DNA of 32,000 nucleotides from Geotalea uraniireducens Rf4 (GTDB lineage Bacteria; Desulfobacterota; Desulfuromonadia; Geobacterales; Geobacteraceae): NCBI RefSeq assembly GCF_000016745.1, contig NC_009483.1, positions 1,470,001 to 1,502,000 of the forward strand, read 5' to 3'. Shown piece by piece: positions 1 to 8,181 of this stretch (position 1 is its first letter; each line of letters starts with the position of its first letter). The notes under the pieces were generated by a model. It saw only the letters and a program-made list of their open reading frames with translations, ran no database searches and was not told where the DNA came from. The position numbers and the translations under genes were made by a program.

Positions 1-666
1 GTCTATCTCGTTCAAGTATAACTGGTTCCGGTCCGGGGTGTAGTTGAGAGTGACGTAATTGCCATTCGTATCGGTTATCAGGTCAAGACACCATTTGAAG
101 ACGTGGGCCGGCTTGTTGGGGTCGTAGACTGTGGTGTTGGGTTCGTGACCGAAACGGAAGCGTACCCCCTTTTTATCAATCGCTTCCCAATAGGTTCCAT
201 AATTTATAAACCGAATGAAGTTCCCTTCTATCTTGGCGCGGTATTCGGAGGTGCCGGGGAGATTGACCAATTCCGTTACCCCGCCCGGTCCGCGCAATAG
301 AAAGTCGCTGGCGTCATAGTTCACGCCTCCTTTGGTGCTCCGCTCTATTGAACCCATTTCCAGTTCCCAGCCGACACCCAGCCAACCGTTGCCGTTCGTG
401 CTCCGATAGGTGAGGACTATGCCGGGATCTACACCTCTACGGCCGGGCGGGACTTCAATAGGAATGCGATAGCTCATGGTCCCTGTGAAGAGGTCTGGTA
501 AAGGCGTGTCGCTGTTTGCCGAGGTGTCGGTTCCGTCAGCGACTTCCTTGCCGACAACTTTCTCGTCTGCCGCATGGGCATTTACGGTGAAGAAGATGGA
601 AAGCGTCAGGCATAGAACGAGAACGGCGTTTTGCAGGGAATTGCCAGCACAACGGATGGGAATCAT
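1..666 (-). CDS. Secreted SpvB/TcdB-N-terminal-domain protein (Tc-toxin / Rhs-YD-repeat family); first 222 aa only, ORF continues past the left edge
   Basis: Absent from the ORF track because it has no in-window stop. My own translation of the minus strand runs from ATG 666-664, with GGAGG (rc of 673-677) 6 nt upstream. It reads MIPIRCAGNSLQNAVLVLCLTLSIFFTVNAHAADEK (signal-peptide-like), then FTGTMSYRIPIEVPPGRRGVDPGIVLTYRSTNGNGWLGVGWELEMGSIERSTKGGVNYD and later HVFKWCLDLITDTNGNYVTLNY..YLNEID, the classic SpvB-domain pattern. No stop occurs down to base 1. Confidence 0.75.
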   Translation of the reverse strand, partial: MIPIRCAGNSLQNAVLVLCLTLSIFFTVNAHAADEKVVGKEVADGTDTSANSDTPLPDLFTGTMSYRIPIEVPPGRRGVDPGIVLTYRSTNGNGWLGVGWELEMGSIERSTKGGVNYDASDFLLRGPGGVTELVNLPGTSEYRAKIEGNFIRFINYGTYWEAIDKKGVRFRFGHEPNTTVYDPNKPAHVFKWCLDLITDTNGNYVTLNYTPDRNQLYLNEID

Positions 667-962
667 GTGGAGCCTCCGTTTATATTGCATTAAATTAAAA
701 GGTAACTATTCAGCGTATATGTTTTGACGTCGGAGGATAGGCATCCTGCCTGTCTTCAGGCGAAGTTTCATCAGCCTGACAAGTTTGAACTGAACACATG
801 TTCAAGCGATAAACCCGCTTGAAACACAGGCTAGAAGCCTATTGGTTGGTTGGGGAACCATCAAGATATCGCAGTGCTGCCGTTGTCGTTCGTTTTTTCT
901 TCTTTCCCGGAATTCCTGGCTAACCCTTTCTTGCCTGATTCATATTTCAGAAGATAAACAGG

Positions 963-1121
963 TCATAGCTTCCGCGCCTTGAGCCCGCACAAGGGGCAGC
1001 GCTTCTCCACAACTGCCTGCTCACATGATTCGCACCAGTACTGAAGGTTTTCCCTGTCCCGGCATACCCGGCAGACTTCAGCCGGTTTACTATTGCCGCA
1101 TGTGCACTCCCTATCGGCCAT
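963..1121 (-). CDS. Small Cys-rich zinc-ribbon-like protein (52 aa)
   Basis: ORF 963..1175 trimmed to the internal ATG at 1121, because the longer form overlaps the nitroreductase 3' end. Sequence MADRECTCGNSKPAEVCRVCRDRENLQYWCESCEQAVVEKRCPLCGLKARKL has eight Cys arranged as CxC plus three CxxC. Start choice is uncertain. Confidence 0.5.
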   Translation of the reverse strand: MADRECTCGNSKPAEVCRVCRDRENLQYWCESCEQAVVEKRCPLCGLKARKL

Positions 1122-1162
1122 GGCCGTTACCTCGCATTTCCCTTCTGCGGTAAATACAGCCG

Positions 1163-1723
1163 CTACGCCTTCCACTTCTCGTAGAAAACGATCTGGTCCA
1201 GCGGCTTTCTTGGCGGCCCCGCCTTCACTTCCTCCTGCGGGTAGCCGAGCGGGAAGAGGCCGATGATGCGGATCTCCGGCGGAATGTCCAGAAGGTCCCC
1301 CAGCTTTTCCTCGTCGAAAACGCCGACGAAAACGCTTCCCAGCCCCAGGTCGTGGGCGGCAAGCATCAGGTTTTCAGCGGCGATCCCCACATCGGTCATG
1401 TAGTAATGTTCGCCACGCAAATCCCCGGACTGGGTAGGATCGGCGCAGGCGACGATGACCACCGGCGCATCGGCCAGGGCCTTCTGCGCAGGATTGGTCT
1501 TGTATCCCCTCGGCACGAAGAACGCCTCCACGTACGACAGTTCGCTGATCTGCGTTTTTGTCGCCGGGTCCTGCACCACCACGAACCGCCAGCACTGCAT
1601 GTTCGCCCAGGAAGGGGCGATCTGCGCCGCTTCCAGCACTGCCTGGAGTTTTTCCGGTTCCACCGGCCTGTCGGAGAATTTGCGGATGCTGCGTCTGGTT
1701 TTGATCGCTTCGAGTGTATCCAT
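1163..1723 (-). CDS. Nitroreductase-family NAD(P)H-flavin oxidoreductase
   Basis: [21 protein letters not shown]...[15 protein letters not shown] is a typical nitroreductase N-terminus. Start moved to ATG 1723, which has AAAGGAGG (rc of about 1729-1736) at correct spacing; the ORF-track start 1756 lacks an SD. Confidence 0.85.
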   Translation of the reverse strand: MDTLEAIKTRRSIRKFSDRPVEPEKLQAVLEAAQIAPSWANMQCWRFVVVQDPATKTQISELSYVEAFFVPRGYKTNPAQKALADAPVVIVACADPTQSGDLRGEHYYMTDVGIAAENLMLAAHDLGLGSVFVGVFDEEKLGDLLDIPPEIRIIGLFPLGYPQEEVKAGPPRKPLDQIVFYEKWKA

Positions 1724-1763
1724 TGTTGCCTCCTTTGAATTGATCGGTTCATTCACCTTTTTA

Positions 1764-2756
1764 CTATATCAGATTCTTCGCCTTGATCTCGGCCTTGAGC
1801 CAGGCGTATGCTACTGGCGCCGCTACCAGGCCCCCTATGCCGAAGACCGCTTCCATTGCCAGCATGGCGCAGAGCAGTTCCCAGGCGCTGGCGTGCACTT
1901 GTCCGCCGACAATCTTGGCGTTGGTGAAATACTCCAGCTTGTGAATCGCGATGAGAAAAACCAGCGAAGCCAGTGCCACCCCCGGCGACATGCCGAGGCT
2001 GATCAGGACGATGGCGGCATTGGAGATGAGGTTGCCGACCACCGGGAGGAGCCCGGCAACGAAGGTGAGGGGGATGAGGACCGTCAAAAGCGGCATGTGA
2101 ATGTCGCACAAGGGGAGGATCACCAGGAGATAGAGCGCCGTGAGGATGGTGTTGAGCGCGGAAATCTTCACCTGGGCGAAGACCACCTTATCGAAAGCAT
2201 CCGCAAGCCCTTGAGCACGGGCGTGCAGGGCGGCAGAGAATGACGGCCAGCTGTCGATTCCGCTGAAGTGATGCAGGGCGGTCATGCCGCCGACAACCAT
2301 ACCGAGGAGCACATGGGCGAATGTCTTGATCCCGGCCATCCCCATGGCAGAGATCTTCTTCCCGTGCTCGCGCAACATCTCGGCAAGCGGTTCATGCAGC
2401 TCCTCCACCGTGGCCGGCAGGGCGTCCGCCATGGAGGCGGGGAGGGCGTGCCTCAGTTTTTCCAGCGTATCGGCAACGGTTACAAGCAGGGCGGCCATGC
2501 CGCCGTTGCCTTGCAGGAACGACCAGAGACCGAGGCTGGCGCCGATCAGTCCCATGATGACGATGGCGGCTATGGCGGCCAGGGCGATCTTGTGGGTCAG
2601 GCCTCCCCAGTTTGCGGGCAGCCGCCGGGCGAGTTTGACCGTCAGGACATGAACGGCAAGGCCGGCAAAGACTGCCGGCAGCAGATGAAAGTGCAGCACC
2701 AGCGGAACGGCAAGCGCTGCAAGCAGGTAGCTGACGAATATGGGACTGGTGGGCAT
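1764..2756 (-). CDS. AI-2E family (PerM/YhhT, UPF0118) membrane transporter
   Basis: Polytopic hydrophobic protein whose C-terminal region [24 protein letters not shown]...HKLEYF...VGG is characteristic of the AI-2E family. Start set at ATG 2756, preceded by AAGGAG; the ORF-track start is 2816. Confidence 0.75.
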   Translation of the reverse strand: MPTSPIFVSYLLAALAVPLVLHFHLLPAVFAGLAVHVLTVKLARRLPANWGGLTHKIALAAIAAIVIMGLIGASLGLWSFLQGNGGMAALLVTVADTLEKLRHALPASMADALPATVEELHEPLAEMLREHGKKISAMGMAGIKTFAHVLLGMVVGGMTALHHFSGIDSWPSFSAALHARAQGLADAFDKVVFAQVKISALNTILTALYLLVILPLCDIHMPLLTVLIPLTFVAGLLPVVGNLISNAAIVLISLGMSPGVALASLVFLIAIHKLEYFTNAKIVGGQVHASAWELLCAMLAMEAVFGIGGLVAAPVAYAWLKAEIKAKNLI

Positions 2757-2793
2757 GGGGCTCCTTAAACGAAAAGGGATTGAAAAGTATGTT

Positions 2794-2838
2794 AAAAAGG
2801 CCGCCTGCACCGGCATCGAGCCGGCACGAGCGGCCTTT
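2794..2838 (-). terminator. Candidate intrinsic terminator downstream of mlaD
   Basis: On the minus strand AAAGGCCGC (rc of 2830-2838) pairs with GCGGCCTTT (rc of 2796-2804) and is followed by a T run (TTTTT). The loop is long (about 25 nt) with internal CCGG pairing. Confidence 0.45.
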
Positions 2839-2907
2839 GTTAATTCAAATAGTGTACCCGATGCAGAATCTGCAACTTTATAAAAGCCCGGTTTACGGCT
2901 TTGCCGG

Positions 2908-3990
2908 TTAAAACACCGAGAACTTCAGATAACGCCTGGGGTTCTCCTTGAGGTCCTTGATGAGGAAGTCCACGTCATCCACCATCTTGTTCATCTTGTC
3001 GTACAGGACCCGCTCGTTCATCAGCCTGCCGGCGGTTCCGTCGCCATGATTCACCCTGGCGGCAACCTCTTCAAAGGCCTTGACCGAATTGTCGGCCCGT
3101 TCGATGAGGGCCATTCCCTTGTCGTAGAATTCCCGGTCGCCGAGCAGCTTACCGATGGTGCTGTCTTTGGAGGTCAGTTTCTTGTTGAGTTCGCGCACAT
3201 CGTCGGCAGCCTGGTTGCTCTTGTCTGCCAGGGCGACCAGCTTGTCGTAAAGCTGTCGGTCGTGGAGGAGCTTGCCCAGGGTTCCGTCGGAGGTCTGGAC
3301 GTCGTTCAGGGTCTGATCGGTGCGGTTGAGAATGCTCATCAGCTTGTCGTACGGCTCACGGCTCCTGCTGAGCTTGCCGAGGGTCCCCTCGCCACTGTTG
3401 GTGTTTTTGGCGAAGGTGTCGAGCTCGGCGGTCAGTTTCACCAGGTTGTCGTAGAGTTTCGGGTCTTTGGCAAGCCGCCCCATCGTCCCTTCGCCCCGGT
3501 TCATCTTGTCCATGGCCAGGTTAAGGCGGTCGAAGGCCGAGCCCGCTTTCTGCATGACGTCGTCGAGCTTGGTTATCGACGTGCCGTAGAGCCTCGTTTC
3601 CGGGGCAGTGGACACATGCAGGCTGGGGGTGATGTCCACATATTTTTCACCCATCAGCCCGCGGGTCTTGACGGTTATGAGGGAATCCTTACCGATTTTC
3701 TTCAGCGACTCCCGCTCGATTTCCAGAATGACCTCGACCTCGTTGGTCCTGTTCGGCTTTTCGAAATGGACTTCGGTGACGATGCCGACGTCTACCCCGG
3801 CCAGCCAGACCGGCGCCCCGACCTTGAGTCCTGCCACGTCGGTCATTATCACTGAAAGTTTCCCTTTGGGGATGAAGAACTTGGTCTTTTCCCCCATGAG
3901 CAGGACGCCGCCGGCAAAAAACAGCAGGGAGAAAACGATGAAGATCCCCGCCTTGAGCTGCGACCAGGCAATGTTGTCGCTTCGTTTCAT
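2908..3990 (-). CDS. mlaD: MlaD/MCE-domain substrate-binding component of the Mla-type ABC lipid transporter, long form with C-terminal repeats
   Basis: N-terminal TM helix IFIVFSLLFFAGGVLLMG followed by an MCE-like core (LKVGAPVWLAGVDVGIV). The ATG overlaps the mlaF stop (ATGA at 3987-3990). The C-terminal half has five repeats of the form [GS]T[LMIA]G[KR]L-x6-YD[KN]. Confidence 0.85.
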   Translation of the reverse strand: MKRSDNIAWSQLKAGIFIVFSLLFFAGGVLLMGEKTKFFIPKGKLSVIMTDVAGLKVGAPVWLAGVDVGIVTEVHFEKPNRTNEVEVILEIERESLKKIGKDSLITVKTRGLMGEKYVDITPSLHVSTAPETRLYGTSITKLDDVMQKAGSAFDRLNLAMDKMNRGEGTMGRLAKDPKLYDNLVKLTAELDTFAKNTNSGEGTLGKLSRSREPYDKLMSILNRTDQTLNDVQTSDGTLGKLLHDRQLYDKLVALADKSNQAADDVRELNKKLTSKDSTIGKLLGDREFYDKGMALIERADNSVKAFEEVAARVNHGDGTAGRLMNERVLYDKMNKMVDDVDFLIKDLKENPRRYLKFSVF

Positions 3991-4745
3991 GATCCTTCGC
4001 TTTCCGTTTCGTAGTTGTTGGTAAAAAGAGATTTTTCCGTCGGCGCGAAGAATTCCCTGGTTTCCGGGATTCTGGCGGCGGTCAGCTCTTCTTTGGTTCC
4101 TTCGAAAATGAGCCGTGCATTATGGATAAAGGAAAAACGCTTTGAGACCGCAAAGGCGGTCTGCATGTCGTGGGTCACCATGAGGGTGGTTTTTCCTTCT
4201 TGCTGCAGGCGGAGCATCAGGGTGCAGATGTTGTAGACGCCGATCGGGTCGAGCCCTGTGGTCGGCTCGTCGAAGAAGATGTAATCCGGGTCGGCGGCCA
4301 ACGCCCTGGCAATGGCGACCCTTTTTTTCATTCCCCCCGACAGTTCGGCGGGGTAAAGGTCAATGGCCTGCTCCAGGCCGACGAAACCGAGCTTTTCCAG
4401 GACAATCCGCTCGATCTCCGCCTCCGAGAGCTTTCCCTCTTCAAAAAGCCGGTAGCCGACGTTTTCACCGACGGTCATGGAGTCGAACAGCGCCCCCCCC
4501 TGGAAAACGATGGCAATCTTTTTCCGCAACCGGATCAGTTCCCTTTCCGGGAGGCCGGCAATGTCCCGGCCATCGATGGTTATTCTTCCCGAATCGGCGG
4601 GAAGAAGGCCCAGGAGAAGCTTGAGGATGGTGGTTTTGCCGACGCCGCTTACGCCGAGGATGGTGCGATCGATCCCCTGCTCCAGGTACAGGTCGAAACC
4701 ATCGATGATCTGCCGTCCCCCGACCGAGTAGCAGACCTTTTCCAT
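3987..4745 (-). CDS. mlaF: ABC transporter ATP-binding protein MlaF
   Basis: Walker A GVSGVGKTT, signature LSGGMKKRVAIARAL, Walker B IFFDEPTTGLD. Start taken at ATG 4745 (MEKVCYSVGG...). The ORF track begins at a GTG at 4772 that lies next to the REP hairpin. Neither start has a strong SD. Confidence 0.88.
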   Translation of the reverse strand: MEKVCYSVGGRQIIDGFDLYLEQGIDRTILGVSGVGKTTILKLLLGLLPADSGRITIDGRDIAGLPERELIRLRKKIAIVFQGGALFDSMTVGENVGYRLFEEGKLSEAEIERIVLEKLGFVGLEQAIDLYPAELSGGMKKRVAIARALAADPDYIFFDEPTTGLDPIGVYNICTLMLRLQQEGKTTLMVTHDMQTAFAVSKRFSFIHNARLIFEGTKEELTAARIPETREFFAPTEKSLFTNNYETESEGS

Positions 4746-4782
4746 CCGTATGCCCTGTTCCGTGCTATTCACCGTTCACCCC

Positions 4783-4805
4783 GGGCGCATGCCATGCGCC
4801 CCTAC
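4783..4805 (-). repeat. GTAGGGGC-hairpin (REP-like) unit
   Basis: The minus strand reads GTAGGGGCGCATGGCATGCGCCC. GGGCGCATG and CATGCGCCC are exact reverse complements. The same GTAGGGGC-plus-GC-hairpin design recurs at 17416, 17474, 26366, 26402 and 26463. Confidence 0.8.
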
Positions 4806-4821
4806 AAATTCCCACCTCAAC

Positions 4822-5003
4822 CACCGACCGCTGACCGCTGACCGCTGACCGCCGACCACCGACCACCGACCACCGACCACCGACCACCGACCACCGACCA
4901 CCGACCACCGACCACCGACCACCGACCACCGACCACCGACCACCGACCACCGACCACCGACCACCGACCACCGACCACCGACCACTGACCATCGACCGCC
5001 GAC
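4822..5003 (-). repeat. Heptanucleotide tandem array, 26 units (GTCGGTG on the transcribed strand) in the mlaE-mlaF junction
   Basis: Counted directly. There are 18 perfect CACCGAC units at 4857-4982. They are flanked by degenerate units CACCGAC, CGCTGAC x3 and CGCCGAC (4822-4856) and CACTGAC, CATCGAC and CGCCGAC (4983-5003). Confidence 0.97.
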
Positions 5004-5009
5004 CGCTTT

Positions 5010-5783
5010 TCACCCCCTGAACGCGATGAATATCTTCGTCAGAAAAAAATCGGAAACCAGGATGATCACGGAAGAAATTACTACCGCCCTTTTCGCCGAT
5101 GCTCCCACTCCTTCTGCTCCGCCTCTGGTGTTGAATCCCACATGGCAGCCGATCATGGCAATGACGAAGCCGAAAAACGCCGGTTTCGCCACCCCCTCGA
5201 TCAGGTCCTGGAACACCATGAACTGTGGGATGGATTTCCAGTACATGATGGGGTTCATATCGTAGCTCGCCGACATGATGTAGCCGCCCAGGAGCGAAAT
5301 CGCGTCGGTGATGATCGTCAGGAGCGGCATGGCGACGAGTATCGCCTTGAGCCGGGAAGTCACCAGGCGTTTGACGATGTCGGTCCCTTCGACCCGCATG
5401 GCGTCGATCTGCTCGGTGACGACCATGGTGCCGATCTCGGCGGTAATGGCCGAGCCGACCCGGCCTGTAACCATCAGGGCGGAGAGGACCGGCCCAAGCT
5501 CCTTTATCATGGTCACCGCCACCATCCCCCCGACGTAACTGGTGGCGGCGAAAGGCTTCAACTGGATAAGGGCCTGGAGGGCCATGACCATGCCGGTAAA
5601 GAGGCCGGTAAGGATGACGATGAAGAGGGAACCGACCCCGATCTTGTCCAGTTGGGTGGTGAAGTCCCGGTAGTAGTAAGGTGGAGAGACGATGCTGCGG
5701 ACGGCCCGGAGCGACAGGGTAAAGAATTCCTGGACTTCGAGCAGGAACGATTTCAGGGTGTTTTCAATGAGGTTGATCGGCAT
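5010..5783 (-). CDS. mlaE: ABC transporter permease MlaE
   Basis: 257-aa polytopic protein. IGVGSLFIVILTGLFTGMVMALQ and EQIDAMRVEG are typical of MlaE/Ttg2B/YrbE. ATG 5783 lies 6 nt after the lon stop. Confidence 0.9.
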   Translation of the reverse strand: MPINLIENTLKSFLLEVQEFFTLSLRAVRSIVSPPYYYRDFTTQLDKIGVGSLFIVILTGLFTGMVMALQALIQLKPFAATSYVGGMVAVTMIKELGPVLSALMVTGRVGSAITAEIGTMVVTEQIDAMRVEGTDIVKRLVTSRLKAILVAMPLLTIITDAISLLGGYIMSASYDMNPIMYWKSIPQFMVFQDLIEGVAKPAFFGFVIAMIGCHVGFNTRGGAEGVGASAKRAVVISSVIILVSDFFLTKIFIAFRG

Positions 5784-5789
5784 GTTTGT

Positions 5790-8108
5790 TTATTGCAGCG
5801 CTTCAATGAACGCTTCGCGCACGTCCTCGACGAAGATGAATTCCAGCTCCTCGCGTACATTGTCAGGTATATCTTCCAGGTCCTTGCGGTTTCTTTCCGG
5901 CATGATCACCTTTTTTACCCCGGCTCGGCGTGCGGCCAGTATCTTTTCCTTCAGACCGCCGATGGCCAGTACCCGGCCTGTGAGGCTGATCTCGCCGGTC
6001 ATGGCCACATGGCGGTGGGCCTGGCGGCCTGACAGGAGCGAGACGATGGCGGTCGTCATGGTGATGCCGGCAGACGGCCCGTCTTTGGGGATGCTCCCGG
6101 CCGGGACATGGATATGGATGTTCATGTCGGTGAATTCCTTGGGGTCGATGTTCAGGTCTGCACTGTTCGCCTCGACAAAGGAGAGGGCGGCCCGCGCCGA
6201 CTCTTTCATGACGTCTCCCAGAGAGCCGGTCAGGATCAGGTCTCCCTTACCCTTCATCCGGGTCGCTTCGACAAAGATGATGTCGCCGCCGGTCTCGGTC
6301 CAGGCAAGGCCGGTGACTACGCCGACCCGGTCTTTTTCCGCGGCCACTTCGTCGTAAAATTTGCGCGGTCCGAGGAATTCTTCGGCCAGTTCCGGGGTTA
6401 TGATCTCGCGCGGCGGCTTTTTCTGGGTTATTTCCTTGGCCACCTTGCGGCAGATGGAGGCGATATTGCGCTGAAGGTTTCGCACCCCCGCTTCCCGGGT
6501 ATAGTCGCGGATTATCTTGTAGATGGCCGCTTCCGTGAATTGAAGCGGGTACTTCGTCAGTCCGTTTTCCTCGATTTCCCGGGGGATGAGGTAGGTGACG
6601 GCGATCTTTTCTTTTTCCTCATCGGTGTAGCCGGAGAGGGTGATGACCTCCATCCGGTCCTTCAGCGCAGGCGGAACCGGGTCGAGCACGTTGGCTGTGG
6701 TGATGAACATGACATTGGTAAGGTCGAAGGGGACATCCAGGTAGTTGTCGGTGAAGGAGAAGTTCTGCTCAGGATCGAGGACTTCCAGGAGGGCGCTGGC
6801 CGGGTCGCCGCGAAAATCTACGCCGATCTTGTCTACTTCATCGAGCATGAACACCGGGTTGTTGTTGCCCGCGCGGTAAATTTCCTGGATGATACGGCCG
6901 GGAAGCGCCCCGATGTAGGTCCGCCGGTGTCCGCGGATCTCCGCCTCGTCCCGCATTCCACCCAGCGAGACGCGGATGAACTTGCGTCCCAGCGCCCGGG
7001 CTATGGAGCGGCCGAGACTGGTCTTCCCCACACCCGGCGGGCCGACGAAGCAGAGGATCGGCCCTTTCATCTTTTCTTTCAGGGTGCGGACAGCCAGGTA
7101 TTCGAGAATCCGCTCCTTGACCTTCTTCAGGTCGAAGTGGTCTTCGTTGAGGACGATTTCGGCCTGGGTGATGTCCCGGTTGTCGGTCGTTGCCGTTTGC
7201 CACGGCATGCCGAGCAGGTAGTCCAGGTAGGTGCGCGACACGGTGTACTCCGGGGACGCGGGGTTGATTCGCTCCAGCCGTTTCAGTTCCTTCTCCGTGA
7301 TTTTCCTGACCTCTTCCGGCATGCCTGCGCTTGACAACTTTTTCCGCAGTTCCTTGATCTCGGCCTGGCGGTCGTCTTCTTCGCCGAGCTCTTCCTGGAT
7401 CTGCTTCATCTGTTCCCGCAGCAGGTATTCCTTCTGCGTCTTGCCGACCTTCTTCGTCACCTCGGCCTGGACTTCGCCTTTTATCTGGAGTCGTTGTACC
7501 TCGGCGGTCAGGCTCATGTAGACCTTTTTCAGCCGTTCGATCGGATCGATGGTTTCCAGCAGTTTCTGCAGTTCATCGACGGGGAGATTGACATAGAGCG
7601 CCACCAGGTCCGAAAGTCGGCCCGGGTTGTCGATGTAGTCTATCATTTTCATTACATCGTCGGGAAGGGGACGTCCGTAAGAGAGGGCGATTTTCAAGAG
7701 CGCGTTCAGGCTACTGACCAGGGCATCGGAAACCACAGATTTTTCTGCGAATTCCCGTACTTGCTCCACCCGCACCAGGGTTATGGGTGTTTCCTGGACA
7801 ATTTCCAGGAGTTTGATCCTTGCCAGCCCTTCCAGAACCACCTTGGCCCCCCCCTCGGAAATTTTGGTAAGCTGGTTCACCTTGCAGATGGTGCCGATTT
7901 CGTTGAGGGAAGCGGCAAGTTGGTCGGTAGGTTCTTCCTTTTGTTTGATCAATGCCACCATGTTGTTGAAAAGGATCGCCTCTTCAAAAACCGAGATTTC
8001 TTCATTGGTTATAAAAAGCGGAAATACCATGAAGGGGAAGGCGACCACATCACGCAGAGGGAAGAGGGGGATCATTTCCGGCATGTTTATCGACAGGCTT
8101 TCGGCCAT
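5790..8108 (-). CDS. lon: ATP-dependent Lon protease (endopeptidase La)
   Basis: N-terminal LON domain (IPLFPLRDVVAFP), Walker A GPPGVGKTS, catalytic-Ser motif PKDGPSAG. Start set at ATG 8108 (AAGGA upstream). The ORF-track start 8129 is a GTG. Confidence 0.95.
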   Translation of the reverse strand: MAESLSINMPEMIPLFPLRDVVAFPFMVFPLFITNEEISVFEEAILFNNMVALIKQKEEPTDQLAASLNEIGTICKVNQLTKISEGGAKVVLEGLARIKLLEIVQETPITLVRVEQVREFAEKSVVSDALVSSLNALLKIALSYGRPLPDDVMKMIDYIDNPGRLSDLVALYVNLPVDELQKLLETIDPIERLKKVYMSLTAEVQRLQIKGEVQAEVTKKVGKTQKEYLLREQMKQIQEELGEEDDRQAEIKELRKKLSSAGMPEEVRKITEKELKRLERINPASPEYTVSRTYLDYLLGMPWQTATTDNRDITQAEIVLNEDHFDLKKVKERILEYLAVRTLKEKMKGPILCFVGPPGVGKTSLGRSIARALGRKFIRVSLGGMRDEAEIRGHRRTYIGALPGRIIQEIYRAGNNNPVFMLDEVDKIGVDFRGDPASALLEVLDPEQNFSFTDNYLDVPFDLTNVMFITTANVLDPVPPALKDRMEVITLSGYTDEEKEKIAVTYLIPREIEENGLTKYPLQFTEAAIYKIIRDYTREAGVRNLQRNIASICRKVAKEITQKKPPREIITPELAEEFLGPRKFYDEVAAEKDRVGVVTGLAWTETGGDIIFVEATRMKGKGDLILTGSLGDVMKESARAALSFVEANSADLNIDPKEFTDMNIHIHVPAGSIPKDGPSAGITMTTAIVSLLSGRQAHRHVAMTGEISLTGRVLAIGGLKEKILAARRAGVKKVIMPERNRKDLEDIPDNVREELEFIFVEDVREAFIEALQ

Positions 8109-8152
8109 CGGGGGATCCTTAGTATTCACGGAATTGAGTGCTAAATAGTGTA

Positions 8153-8181
8153 AGAGTAACCAGTTATCGGAGGGATGTCAA
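8153..8181 (-). promoter_or_regulatory. Candidate sigma70-type promoter for lon
   Basis: Minus strand TTGACA (8181-8176), a 17-nt spacer, then TACTCT (8158-8153). The -35 overlaps the ABC-F stop codon. The -10 is weak. Confidence 0.3.

Noticed and set aside
4822-5003. Possible CRISPR array
   Set aside because: The units are 7 nt and contiguous with no spacers, and there are no cas genes or leader. This is a microsatellite.
4765-5013. 82-aa and 69-aa ORFs translating to (GGRWSVV)n
   Set aside because: They are pure read-through of the 7-nt tandem array: three units give 21 nt, hence a 7-aa period. There is no SD, and they lie between mlaE and mlaF on the operon strand. The ORF is a repeat artefact, not a gene.
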